A DNA stretch of 64,000 nt from Phycisphaerae bacterium (GCA_012729015.1 JAAYDY010000042.1:77608-141607); one strand, 5' to 3'; shown: positions 19,601 to 29,074, numbered from the stretch's first letter. Program-made: numbers and translations. The notes: generated from the letters alone by a model not told the origin.

Positions 19601-21354
19601 GCCTTGTCCTGCCCCGTGGCGGGCGTCAGCCGCCACGCAGCCACTCGCGGCCCGGTGACTCGCAACGGCGTCAGCGACGAAGGCACCAGCAGCACAAGGT
19701 CGAAAATCTGGTCGTCAGCGACAGCCAGATGAATCGTGGTGGCCCGCGTCAGGGCGTCCTGCTCCAGAATCACGAGGTCGTTCATGTCCGCCGTGACGCG
19801 GGCTCGAATCTGTTCGGTCTCGACCGCCAGCGTGCCGCCGCCCTGGCGATAGCGGTAGGCGAGCCTCGCTCCGCCGCGGCGCACCCACTCGGGCAGTTCG
19901 CTGATGTCGATCTGTTCGGTCAACGTGGCGTGGTGGTGGCGCAACTGGACGCCCTCGCCGGCCGAGACGCCGACAACGCCCTCCTGGGAGACCACGTCGG
20001 CCGGTTGCAACCGGGGAATGACCAGTCCGTTGATCTTGCGGACGTCCTGGTGGGTGCGGACGGAGAGCCGGGTCGGCCCGAGGCGCGAGTTGTCGAACCG
20101 CACGCGAAGCTGCCGGTCGTCGCCGACGTCCCAGTCGCGCACGGCATCGCCTGCGACGTCGAGCACCGCGGCGCCGTCGGGCAGGCCGATGACCACGCCG
20201 CGGATGGGGCGCCCCTGGACCTGGTACTCCATGTCGCTGTGCAGAGTAACGACGCCGGCTTCGATCACGGCCAGGCTCTGGACGGCGACTGTGACCCGGG
20301 GCTGACGCAGGCTGCCGCGAAGACGGATGTCCACCGGCAGACGGGAGTAGTCGTAGCTGAGGGCGGCGACGGCATCGCCCTGATTCATGCGCCGCGTGGC
20401 GCCGGTGACGGCGTCCTGCTCAAGTACCATCGCCTCGGCGGCAAGGAATCGCACCTGGCCTTCCTGGACCGCGGCTCCGGCGACGGCCACGGGCACATGG
20501 ACGAAGGCGGTCGGCAGCGGCGGGAGCAGTTCCTCGCTCTGGACCACCAGGACCATTTTGTCCAGCACCCTGGCCGCCAGGCGGACGTCGGCCGTGCGCC
20601 CGTCGCCGGCGACGGCCCACGAGAGGACGTTGCTGCCGGCGATGCTTCGCACGGCCACGCCTTCGGGAATCGCCAGCGAAAGGCGCTCGATGAGGCCGCG
20701 CTGCACGGTGCAGGTGATGACCTCGCGTCTGGAGGCCAGGCCGGGACGGACCTGGACGAGTGCCTTGTTGTGGGCGGAGAACGCGGAGCCGGCCGCCTCG
20801 GCGACGACCGCCCTGTCCCACTGAAGGGCGAAGGCGGGTGTCAGCGGCGCCAGCAGGCTCACGGTCCGAACGCCCTCGGCCACCGCATCGGACGTGACGA
20901 TACCCTCGGGCGAGGTGATCAGGCGGCCCGAATCGCCCGGCAATCGCAGTCGGACTGCCACACGGTTGGCGGGCACACTGGGCAGTTCAATGCGGCTCGT
21001 ACCCGGCGTCGGGGAAAGCCTGCGGGCGAGGAACTTCACGGTCAATCGATAATCGCCCGGCTCGCGGGCGACGAACACGTAGGTGTCGCCCTGGGCAACC
21101 ACGCGGCCGCCGTCGGCCTGCCAGTCGAGCAGCGCCGTGTCGCGCGGCAGCAGCGGCACGACCTGGTCGGCGGCGTGGCAAAAGATGCTGAACCCGGCGG
21201 TCACGTCGCACTGGGCCTGTTCGCCGGCGGCATCGACGGCGTAGTCGGCGGTGGCGATCACCTGCGGTCGGCCCGGCAGGCCGCCCATGGGGATACACGA
21301 ACAGACAGCGGTCAGGCCCAGCAGGGCCGCGGCGAGTCGGACGGGCACTCTCAT
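16627..21354 (-). CDS. Giant envelope protein, paralog of the downstream gene, with an internal pilin-like segment (function unknown)
   Basis: Possible lipoprotein signal (…LTAVCSC), four repeats, TM segments, C-terminal anchor; GGAGGT RBS at 21361-21366. Confidence 0.88.
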   Translation of the reverse strand: MRVPVRLAAALLGLTAVCSCIPMGGLPGRPQVIATADYAVDAAGEQAQCDVTAGFSIFCHAADQVVPLLPRDTALLDWQADGGRVVAQGDTYVFVAREPGDYRLTVKFLARRLSPTPGTSRIELPSVPANRVAVRLRLPGDSGRLITSPEGIVTSDAVAEGVRTVSLLAPLTPAFALQWDRAVVAEAAGSAFSAHNKALVQVRPGLASRREVITCTVQRGLIERLSLAIPEGVAVRSIAGSNVLSWAVAGDGRTADVRLAARVLDKMVLVVQSEELLPPLPTAFVHVPVAVAGAAVQEGQVRFLAAEAMVLEQDAVTGATRRMNQGDAVAALSYDYSRLPVDIRLRGSLRQPRVTVAVQSLAVIEAGVVTLHSDMEYQVQGRPIRGVVIGLPDGAAVLDVAGDAVRDWDVGDDRQLRVRFDNSRLGPTRLSVRTHQDVRKINGLVIPRLQPADVVSQEGVVGVSAGEGVQLRHHHATLTEQIDISELPEWVRRGGARLAYRYRQGGGTLAVETEQIRARVTADMNDLVILEQDALTRATTIHLAVADDQIFDLVLLVPSSLTPLRVTGPRVAAWRLTPATGQDKAALSVTLTDGLTGTTSLIVETTQAVDYTRPLRIESIDVPVALRTRGQVALTPGSDLKLSVVEVRSLRESTEAAIRSFRRQSPALPGAGAGDAASRALHYDFTEPWAGVFHVEPLVPLVAVAAETLLRVGQGDISAETQLICTIQEAGVSSLRVKLPSWAVNSWIEGEDISGRRLDADSNTWTIALATRRKGQYRLRVTYDRLVDREATDVTHEEPRVLEAAGHKGVLHVGKQSDQVDVTVAPSGHARTVERGAEAMSADVPVVRTIEYSGLSPQDWGLSLRLAQLGEADVLKLQASDCLLQTMINRDGTAMTFMTLTVQSTRQQFAPIELPDRRQLWAAYVDGRPVKPVEGDRPGAYRIPLLQRERRDGAFELTVVYAEQLPPLEGRAVDMNFQTPPVEVATGSMGWEVFMPQGYALRPDLVGDEGNMRMVIRPPDADVPVSRQMLGPDSRRWEQVWPSVQPVADVVLTVLAVVAATAVAAAAVWLMVRRGGRLLRRAVSPPARAARYVWKRPGLRWAALMMLAAIPVMLILAALLMPALGVKSPPMMGRVEYSEVSVDAAEGGWTGVWARRDLEVVGAALEAYRSTFDVYPADLAELEREKLVESGVVERLKKSGTNYFGESLNMALRQPQGRAGEQKDVTGVLLADVGADGYTVVRPGNEVQHVEPGQRRQLARELYRQGEVNNPIVEEDLKPTEEDLRTYSESYEKAKMLGGKSRARQDSNLLNLEAQRRMKLAEKFYGWDEADRDSGRASRSLRGEDLPLAPEGAQPGAAEEPRDDITRADEKKDLDKAFKGQAADVLRQAQEAAGVTKTEVQTTPQSSFVFKLEAGTKTGSGVGYGAATDVPAAAAGGVATAKPDQPGPESEARGIEGVPHGKANGPSAAAADEGWRPWDAGGVEAVSLSPVREGRTRGSLPIGLQLPQGDRLPYMFSRVGRGFSGGDMGHFRIEAVRSGSGYAVYAVAAVAVAGLVGTAAVGAARRLRRGRAAAR

Positions 21355-21378
21355 AACCGCACCTCCATAGATGTGATA

Positions 21379-21406
21379 TTAGACGAGGCAGCGGGGAATT
21401 GGTTCC
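21379..21406 (-). promoter_or_regulatory. Candidate ECF sigma promoter
   Basis: Minus strand GGAAC-N16-CGTCTAA, ending about 25 nt before the ATG at 21354. Confidence 0.55.
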
Positions 21407-21650
21407 AGGAATTGCGCCGGCACGTGACGGGACGGGTGCACGTCACGTGGTGTGGGTGCGCGGGCTCTCGCACCGCAGAAGCGACGGTGCCATCGTTGGA
21501 GCAACGACAGAACCGGGGCCAAGGCGTGCTTCCCTCTCCGCCCGACCCGATGCTCACTCGGCACACCTTGGTCTCCGGCTTCGCAGGAGCCTCCAAGATG
21601 GCACCCCGCGGCAGCGCACTGCTGGCGACCGTTTTGCGAGGCCATGAAGG

Positions 21651-21699
21651 GCGGCTCGCCCCTCGACGAGGCTCGGGACTTGCAGCGAGCCGCTCCTAC
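21651..21699 (-). repeat. GTAG-type REP-like palindrome
   Basis: Minus strand GTAGGAGCGGCTCGC-N25-GCGAGCCGC. Confidence 0.55.
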
Positions 21700-21732
21700 G
21701 GTGAGCGCGGCGGGAGGGGTCAAGGCGTTCGA

Positions 21733-21788
21733 CCCTCACCGCCCCGAGCGGCGCTCGGGGCACCTCTCCCTGCAAGCAGGGCGAGGGG
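21733..21788. repeat. Double-hairpin CCCTCAC...CCTCTCCC-type palindromic element
   Basis: GCCCCGAGCG/CGCTCGGGGC and CCTCTCCCTGC/GCAGGGCGAGG stems. Confidence 0.55.
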
Positions 21789-21826
21789 TGCAGGAGCGTG
21801 CTGCGCACGCAGGGTTGACAGAGGAA

Positions 21827-21942
21827 CCGCGTGGGTCCGGGGGACCCACCCTACCCGTGTTCCTCGCCAGTCCGCGTGGGTCCGGGGGACCCACCCTACC
21901 CGTGTTCCTCGCCAGTCCGCGTGGGTCCGGGGGACCCACCCT
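21827..21942. repeat. Tandem array of 45-bp REP units (about 2.6 copies)
   Basis: Unit CCGCGTGGGTCCGGGGGACCCACCCTACCCGTGTTCCTCGCCAGT starts at 21827, 21872 and 21917 (partial); palindromic core with a GTAG head on the minus strand. Confidence 0.9.
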
Positions 21943-21985
21943 GCCCGCGACCCGCGGTGTTCATGGCCGCCGGCTCTGTGTCGAG

Positions 21986-23059
21986 TCAGTTGACGAACAC
22001 GCCGAGAGCGGCCGCTTGCGTGATCTTCTGGTACCGGGCGTAGGCTCGGGCGGCGCGGTCGCGCAGCGTCGCGGCGCTCTGCCGTTCGGCGAAGGCCTCC
22101 AGCAGAGCGGCCAAGGTGTAGGCCTCGGGAGCCATGAACTGCCTGGTGGCCAGCAGCCGCACGGCGTGGGGGCGCGCCAGGTGCGGGGTGAAGTAGGCGT
22201 CGCTCTTGCAGGCCAGGACGAACCAGCCCACCGGCGGCGAGGCGACCGGACTGTTCACGGCGGCGAAGAGGTTCGTTTCGCGGACGGCTGCATTCATCAG
22301 GCTGTTGTGCCCGACGAACCCGACAACGTGGCCGGCGCCGCCGGCATCGATCGTGCGACCATCGGGCAGGGCGACGGTCCACGCTGCGCTGCCAAGGGCA
22401 TCGGCGGCGAACGCGCCGAGGGCATTTTCCATCGGCATGCCGCGCCAGGCTCGGGCTACAAGCAGCATCTCCACCTGCTGCGCCGCGGGCACGCCGGGCC
22501 ATCGCGAGGCGGCCGGCACACGATGACGGAACACCGCCTGTTCAAGCATCCCATCGGGGTCGCCGTCGCGGCGCTGCGACTCGATCAGGAGTTCCCACGC
22601 GCGGCTCTGTTTGAAGAACGTCTTGAGGCCGAACATCGCGCCCCAGTAGAGGTTCGTTCGCGGCGTGTCGCCGTCGCCGAGCGAGGCCGATACGGGGGCG
22701 ATGCCCTGTCGGTTGTCGCACAGGCAGACGTGAACCGTGACGACGATCGGCCTGCCTGCGCGAACGGCGTCGCCGGCGCGGGCGTAGAGGGTGTCGAGCG
22801 TGGCGGGTTCGCGCCGCGCGGGCGGCGGCGGCGCAGCCTGCGGCCCGGTTGCGGCGCGGGGCCCGCCGGAAGGTCCGTCGACTGACGAAGACGAGCCCTT
22901 GCCCGCGTGAGGATCGTCGATTCTCCCCCTCGCCTCAGGGGCCGGCCGAAACCACAGCAGGTAGCTCCCCCAGCCGGCCACCCCGAGGGCCGTGAGCACC
23001 AACACAAGGGCGAGTCGCGATCTGCCTTGCCTGCGAGGCGCTCGTGCGTCCGTCTGCAT
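21986..23059 (-). CDS. Membrane-anchored hypothetical protein, possible His/Cys hydrolase
   Basis: N-terminal TM, Pro-rich linker, globular domain with LCDN, NLYWG, FVGHN and VLACKS. Confidence 0.75.
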   Translation of the reverse strand: MQTDARAPRRQGRSRLALVLVLTALGVAGWGSYLLWFRPAPEARGRIDDPHAGKGSSSSVDGPSGGPRAATGPQAAPPPPARREPATLDTLYARAGDAVRAGRPIVVTVHVCLCDNRQGIAPVSASLGDGDTPRTNLYWGAMFGLKTFFKQSRAWELLIESQRRDGDPDGMLEQAVFRHRVPAASRWPGVPAAQQVEMLLVARAWRGMPMENALGAFAADALGSAAWTVALPDGRTIDAGGAGHVVGFVGHNSLMNAAVRETNLFAAVNSPVASPPVGWFVLACKSDAYFTPHLARPHAVRLLATRQFMAPEAYTLAALLEAFAERQSAATLRDRAARAYARYQKITQAAALGVFVN

Positions 23060-23098
23060 GGTGCCCTGCCTCCATCACCTGATCGGAAAACCGTGGGC

Positions 23099-23869
23099 TC
23101 ACGACGCCATGAGGACGGCGACGGTGTTGAAGGCGGCGTGGGCGGTGGCGGCGGTGGCGAAGCCGCTGCGCAGGTAGACGGCGCCGAGGTAAATGCCCTG
23201 GGCGACGCGGTAAAGAAATTCCAGTTGTGCCCTGGCGGCGTTGCCGCTGCCTGGGGGATGGGCGATGGCGAACACGGCGGCGGCCAGGCAGATGGCGACG
23301 ATCTGGGCGGCGCCGGCGGGGGTGCGGAAGAGTTTCTGCATGAGCAGCAGGACGAGCGAGACCAGGACGAGGCGGAAGAGGAACTCCTCGAAGACCCCTG
23401 CTCCGACGCCGATGACGATTTCGCGGAAACCGCCGCCGCGGCCGACGTCGAACAGGCTGAGAGCGGCGGCCAGCATCTCGGCAAAGGGCAGCGTGAAGAG
23501 CAGGTAGAGGATGACCATCGGGACGGTCCAGAGGAGAGCCTGTCCCCAGAGTCGCCAGAGGTCGGCGGCCCGGAGTTGCCAGGGATCGCGCCGCCAGAGG
23601 TGGATGACCAGCAGGACCGCCAGAACCAGGACACCGGGCAGGAAATGGGCCGTCAGGCCCACGTGGCCGAGCAGTTTGGCGAACCAGGTGTCCAGGAGTG
23701 GCCTGCTGCGGTCGCTGATGCCGACGATGGCGAGGGCGACCTCGTAGAAGAGGATGATCGGGAGCAGGGCTGCCGCCTGGACCAGTGGCGGATAGGAGCC
23801 GGTCATGATCGGGCTGCCGGCGGCACCGGAACCGCCTGTCCCGCCGGAGGATGTCTTCTTGTCTGCCAT
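23099..23869 (-). CDS. CPBP (CAAX/Rce1-like) intramembrane protease
   Basis: EEFLFR, FAIAH and HAAFN motifs in a multi-TM protein. Start placed at ATG 23869 (uncertain). Confidence 0.88.
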   Translation of the reverse strand: MADKKTSSGGTGGSGAAGSPIMTGSYPPLVQAAALLPIILFYEVALAIVGISDRSRPLLDTWFAKLLGHVGLTAHFLPGVLVLAVLLVIHLWRRDPWQLRAADLWRLWGQALLWTVPMVILYLLFTLPFAEMLAAALSLFDVGRGGGFREIVIGVGAGVFEEFLFRLVLVSLVLLLMQKLFRTPAGAAQIVAICLAAAVFAIAHPPGSGNAARAQLEFLYRVAQGIYLGAVYLRSGFATAATAHAAFNTVAVLMAS

Positions 23870-24045
23870 GACCGGACTGTTTATCATGCCGGTGCAGGAA
23901 AAGCAAGGGACTGCGATCCGACTACGGCTCCGAAGGCGGGGCACCGGTGACCCTCGTCACCAATCCCGCGCGCCAAGGGGGCTAGGATGACGTCGGGATG
24001 GAATCGGGGGGCCGGATTGATGCGCTGGGAGTTGGGGAGCCAATC

Positions 24046-25131
24046 ATGACTTCGAAGGAACGGATTCGGCGGCTGATCGTGGACAAGGAACCGGCGGACC
24101 GGGTGGGCCTGTACGATCACTACTGGCCGGAAACGCGTCGGGACTACTGGGTGAACGAGGGGTACCCGGACCCCGAGGTGGTGCCGACGGACTTCTTCGG
24201 GTACGACATCATCGAGACCTGGGCCGTGAACGACGCCGGCCCCCTGCGCGGGCAGGACGGCATGGTGGAGGAGACGGACGAGTGGAAGGTGTGGCGTGAC
24301 GGGTTCGGCGCGTCGCTGAAGACGTGGAAACGCAAGAGCGGCACGCCGGAGCACATGGATTTTGCGATCAAGACGCGGGAGGATTGGGACCGCGTGAAGG
24401 GGTCGCTGCTGGAGCTGGACCCGGGGCGGGTGAACGTGGCGGAGTCGCAGCGGGTGCTGGAGGTCGGGCGGCGGGATCAGCGGTTCACGTGCTTCGGGCA
24501 CCAGTTCTGCATCGAGCTGATGCGAGCGACGATCGGCGACATGGTGATGCTTCCGTCGCTGCTGCTGGAGCCGGAGTGGATTCACGACATGCTGCGGGTG
24601 TGGACGGACTTCTTCAAGCGGCATTACGTGTATGTGTTCGACACGGTCGGACGTCCGGACGGCATGTGGATTTATGAGGACCTGGGCTTTACGAACGGGC
24701 TGTTCGCGTCGCCGGCGACGATCCGCGAGCTGATGCTGCCGTACTACAAGGAGCTGATTCACCTGTACAAGCACGATTACGGGCTTCCGGTGCTGATCCA
24801 TTCGTGCGGCGACATCCGCAAGGCGGTGCCGCTCATGATCGAGGCCGGGTGGGACTGTTTGCAGCCGATGGAGGCGAAGGCGGGCGTGGACGTGCTGGAG
24901 CTGGCCGACACGTACGGCAACGCGCTGAGCTACATGGGCAACATCAACGTGCAGGTGCTGAACACGAACGACAAGGCGAAGGTGCGGGCGGAAGTCCAGC
25001 GGAAGATGGGCGGGATGATTGAGCGCCGGATGCCGTACATCCTGCACAGCGACCATTCGATTCCGCCGGACGTGAGGATGGAGACGTACCGGTACATGCT
25101 GGAGTTGCACGCCGAGCACGGGGCGTACTGA
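24046..25131 (+). CDS. Uroporphyrinogen decarboxylase/MtaA-like family protein
   Basis: MTSKERI start, YEDLG, IHSCG, LQPME, MGNI and YILHSDHSIPPDV motifs. Confidence 0.85.
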   Translation: MTSKERIRRLIVDKEPADRVGLYDHYWPETRRDYWVNEGYPDPEVVPTDFFGYDIIETWAVNDAGPLRGQDGMVEETDEWKVWRDGFGASLKTWKRKSGTPEHMDFAIKTREDWDRVKGSLLELDPGRVNVAESQRVLEVGRRDQRFTCFGHQFCIELMRATIGDMVMLPSLLLEPEWIHDMLRVWTDFFKRHYVYVFDTVGRPDGMWIYEDLGFTNGLFASPATIRELMLPYYKELIHLYKHDYGLPVLIHSCGDIRKAVPLMIEAGWDCLQPMEAKAGVDVLELADTYGNALSYMGNINVQVLNTNDKAKVRAEVQRKMGGMIERRMPYILHSDHSIPPDVRMETYRYMLELHAEHGAY

Positions 25132-25839
25132 GTGCCGAAGCCGCAGGAGGAGCCTGAACCGGCCGTGACCGTCAACGAGAAGATACGCGCGTTCTACGAG
25201 GCGTTGTCGGCGTCCTACGGGCCGCAGCACTGGTGGCCGGCGCCGACGCCGTTTGAGGTCTGCGTCGGGGCGATTCTGACGCAGAACACCAGTTGGGGCA
25301 ACGTGGAGCGTGCACTTGCGAATCTGAAGCAGGCCGGCGTTCTGTCGCCGGAGGCGTTGTGGGCTCTGCCGCCGGAGGAACTGGCCGAGTTGATCCGCCC
25401 GGCCGGGTACTACCGGCTGAAGGCGGGACGGCTGCGGAACTTCCTCGACCTGGTGGTCAACAGCTATGGCGGGTCGCTTGAGCGGCTGTTCGAGTTGCCG
25501 ACGGACCGGTTGCGTCAGGAGGTGCTCGCCGTCAGCGGGATTGGGCCGGAGACGGCCGACTCGATGCTGCTCTATGCCGCCTCGCGGCCGGTGTTCGTTG
25601 TGGACGCCTACACGCTGCGGATCGCCTTCCGGCACGGGATCGTGGACCAGGAGTGCGACTACGATCTGCTCCAGGAGACGTTTGCCGGGGCGCTCGAGCC
25701 GGACGTGGCGTTGTTCAATGAGTACCACGGCCTGCTGGTGCAGGTGGGGAAGCTGCATTGCCGCAAACGCGAGCCGTCATGCGTTGGGTGCCCGCTGGAA
25801 CGCTTTCTGGAGCCCGGAGAGCCGTGCGAGCCACTGTGA
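25132..25839 (+). CDS. Endonuclease III-related HhH-GPD DNA glycosylase
   Basis: GAILTQNTSW, GIGPETADS, FVVDAYT and the C-X6-C-X2-C Fe-S motif. Confidence 0.9.
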   Translation: MPKPQEEPEPAVTVNEKIRAFYEALSASYGPQHWWPAPTPFEVCVGAILTQNTSWGNVERALANLKQAGVLSPEALWALPPEELAELIRPAGYYRLKAGRLRNFLDLVVNSYGGSLERLFELPTDRLRQEVLAVSGIGPETADSMLLYAASRPVFVVDAYTLRIAFRHGIVDQECDYDLLQETFAGALEPDVALFNEYHGLLVQVGKLHCRKREPSCVGCPLERFLEPGEPCEPL

Positions 25840-25863
25840 GCGACCCCGAGGCGGCACTCCTGG

Positions 25864-25961
25864 GGTGACTGAACGTTTCGGGGAAAGCGGGGGCAGGATG
25901 CCCCTGCCACTCACGGGCAAGATGCCCGTGCCACGGTACACCCCCAAAACGTTAATGCACC
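25864..25961. repeat. ~98-bp palindromic element, copy 2 (reverse orientation)
   Basis: GGGGCAGGATGCCCCTGCCACTCACGGGCAAGATGCCCGTGCCACGG core and CCCCAAAACGTTAATGCACC end. Confidence 0.9.
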
Positions 25962-26137
25962 CACACTCCTGGAGCAATTGACAGGCTCCGCTGATTCGCG
26001 CACAATCCCCGGCACCTCTTGAGCCTGACAGCGTTGAAGGCTAAACTCTCGACCATGGGATTGGCCGTGTGGGCCAAACGTGGTCGGATTTCGTAGTCTC
26101 CCTCTTCCGGGGGAGAAACCTTGAAAGGTCATCAGGG

Positions 26138-26911
26138 ATGGCGAAGCGAACGGTAGCGGTGCAGTTGATCATTTTCGGCAAGCGGAACAAGGAGGACCTG
26201 GCGGGGGTTCTGGACGACGTGGCGGCCGCCGGATACCAGGGTGTGGAGACGGGTTGCCTGGCGGACCAGGTGTCGGGCAAAGAGTTCAAGAAGATGCTCG
26301 ACGACCGCGGACTGGCGCATGTGGGAGCCCACTTCGGCGGGCCAACGCTGCTGAGCGATCTGGGCAAGGTGATTGACTGGCTGGGCGAGACGGGCGGCAC
26401 GGACGTGCCGATTTCGGATCTTCGCACCATCGACAAGCCGCTGGACGTGTACAAGCAGTGCGCCGACGAGTACAACGAGGCGGGGCGGCGATGCAACGAA
26501 GCGGGCCTCGTGTTGAGCTACCACAACCACAGTTGGGAACTGAAGCCGGCACAGGACGGATCCCTGCCGCTGGAATACCTGTATGCGCAGACGGACCCGA
26601 AGCTCGTGAAACTGTGCATCGACGCCTACTGGGTGCGCGACGGGCAGGTGGACCCTGCCGCCTTCGTGGCCAAGCATGCCTCTCGCCTGCGGATTCTCCA
26701 CGCCAAGGACTCGTACCTGGAGGAAGTCGGCAAACGGTCGTTCGCTCCGGTGGGCGAAGGCGTGCTGGACTTCCCAGCGATCTTCAAGGCAGCGGACAAG
26801 TCGCCGGCGCGGTGGATTGTCGTGGAACAGGACGTGCCGGACCACGACCGCCAGGCGGCGGAATGCATCGCGTCGAGCCGCAAGGCGATCAAGAAGATGA
26901 TCAAGCTGTAG
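26138..26911 (+). CDS. Sugar phosphate isomerase/epimerase (xylose isomerase-like TIM barrel)
   Basis: GYQGVE, YHNH.WE, D.YW, HAKD, VGEG.LDF and VEQD motifs; preceded by TTGACA-17-CACAAT (25978-26006). Confidence 0.9.
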   Translation: MAKRTVAVQLIIFGKRNKEDLAGVLDDVAAAGYQGVETGCLADQVSGKEFKKMLDDRGLAHVGAHFGGPTLLSDLGKVIDWLGETGGTDVPISDLRTIDKPLDVYKQCADEYNEAGRRCNEAGLVLSYHNHSWELKPAQDGSLPLEYLYAQTDPKLVKLCIDAYWVRDGQVDPAAFVAKHASRLRILHAKDSYLEEVGKRSFAPVGEGVLDFPAIFKAADKSPARWIVVEQDVPDHDRQAAECIASSRKAIKKMIKL

Positions 26912-26943
26912 GAGCCTGTCCGAGGCTCCAGTGACGGGTACAG

Positions 26944-27003
26944 CCAGGGGCGTCCTGCGTTGGCGGATCGGTGCATAGCCAGGCCAACGCGCGGCGCCCC
27001 TGG
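26944..27003. terminator. Long stem-loop between convergent genes
   Basis: CCAGGGGCG/CGCCCCTGG and GCGTTGGC/GCCAACGC paired arms; no clear U-tract. Confidence 0.4.
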
Positions 27004-27071
27004 TCGCATTGCAGGGCCGTAGCAGCGGGCTGTCGGTTCAGGGGCCGAGATCGCAATGCGTGGCGAGCATC

Positions 27072-28157
<1,086 letters not shown>

Positions 28158-28205
28158 TCATCGACTGCCATGCTTGGCACCACCTGACGCCGGTACGAGC
28201 CGGCA

Positions 28206-28655
28206 TCAGGCATTCAGAAACAGGGACACCTCAACACGCCCACCGTCCAGAAGCAGCCCGGCCTGGGCGACGCACTGGCCGCCCGGCCCCGGGGCGTCCT
28301 GCCGGCAGATTTCCGGAGGATGCACGTCGAAGACAGCCTCCTGGCCGGCAATCCGCGGCAGGATGTTGCCGCAGATCACGTTGGCCATTTCCTTGAAGGC
28401 GTCGAGCTGCTGCTCGGCCGGCGCCTGATCGTCGGCGCCGGTCATGTTGGTCGCCAGGACGGCCGGCAACTGGGGCTCGACGGCCACCTTGAGGGCCCCG
28501 GACTGTGGTCCGCTGAAACAGACCTCGGCGACGACCGGGTCGGCCAGCGGCCCGGCGTCGGCGCTGTCGCCCTCGTCCATGGGGAACATGAACCCGAGCG
28601 TGCTGAAGGCCTCGGCAGCCACGTCCTGGAGCACCTGGTCATACCTGGTTGTCAT
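28206..28655 (-). CDS. cheX: CheX-like phosphatase
   Basis: FSGPQSG and DAFKEMANVICGN (E-x2-N motif). Confidence 0.8.
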   Translation of the reverse strand: MTTRYDQVLQDVAAEAFSTLGFMFPMDEGDSADAGPLADPVVAEVCFSGPQSGALKVAVEPQLPAVLATNMTGADDQAPAEQQLDAFKEMANVICGNILPRIAGQEAVFDVHPPEICRQDAPGPGGQCVAQAGLLLDGGRVEVSLFLNA

Positions 28656-29031
28656 TGGCCACCTCCGTCACGCCCTCGACAATCTGGCCGATGGTCTCGG
28701 GGGTGAATGGTTTGTGGATGAACTTGGCCCCCTTCTGCTGCAACCGCTCGATGCGGGTCTGGCTGCCTTCGGTCGAGACGACGATGATGGGCAGGTCGGC
28801 GATGGCGCTGCGGCGGCGGACCTCTTCGATGAGTTGCTCGCCGTTCATCACCGGCATGTTGATGTCCACCAGCGCCAGGTCGATCCAGTTGGCGTCGAGC
28901 TGTTGGAGGGCTTCCTCGCCGTTGGAGGCCTGGAACACCTGACCGATGTCCACGCCCGCCATTTCAAGCGTGCGGATGATCATCGACCGCATGACCGCGC
29001 TGTCGTCGACCACAAGGACATTGAGGGACAT
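28639..29031 (-). CDS. cheY: Single-domain response regulator CheY
   Basis: LVVDDS, DINMP, STE and KPF motifs. Confidence 0.9.
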   Translation of the reverse strand: MSLNVLVVDDSAVMRSMIIRTLEMAGVDIGQVFQASNGEEALQQLDANWIDLALVDINMPVMNGEQLIEEVRRRSAIADLPIIVVSTEGSQTRIERLQQKGAKFIHKPFTPETIGQIVEGVTEVANDNQV

Positions 29032-29074
29032 TGCATTGACTCCTTTGTCTGCACCCTGGCCACTTCGGCGACGG

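Noticed and set aside
21827-21942. Possible mini CRISPR array
   Set aside because: The sequences between the palindromes are identical rather than unique spacers, and no cas genes are present.
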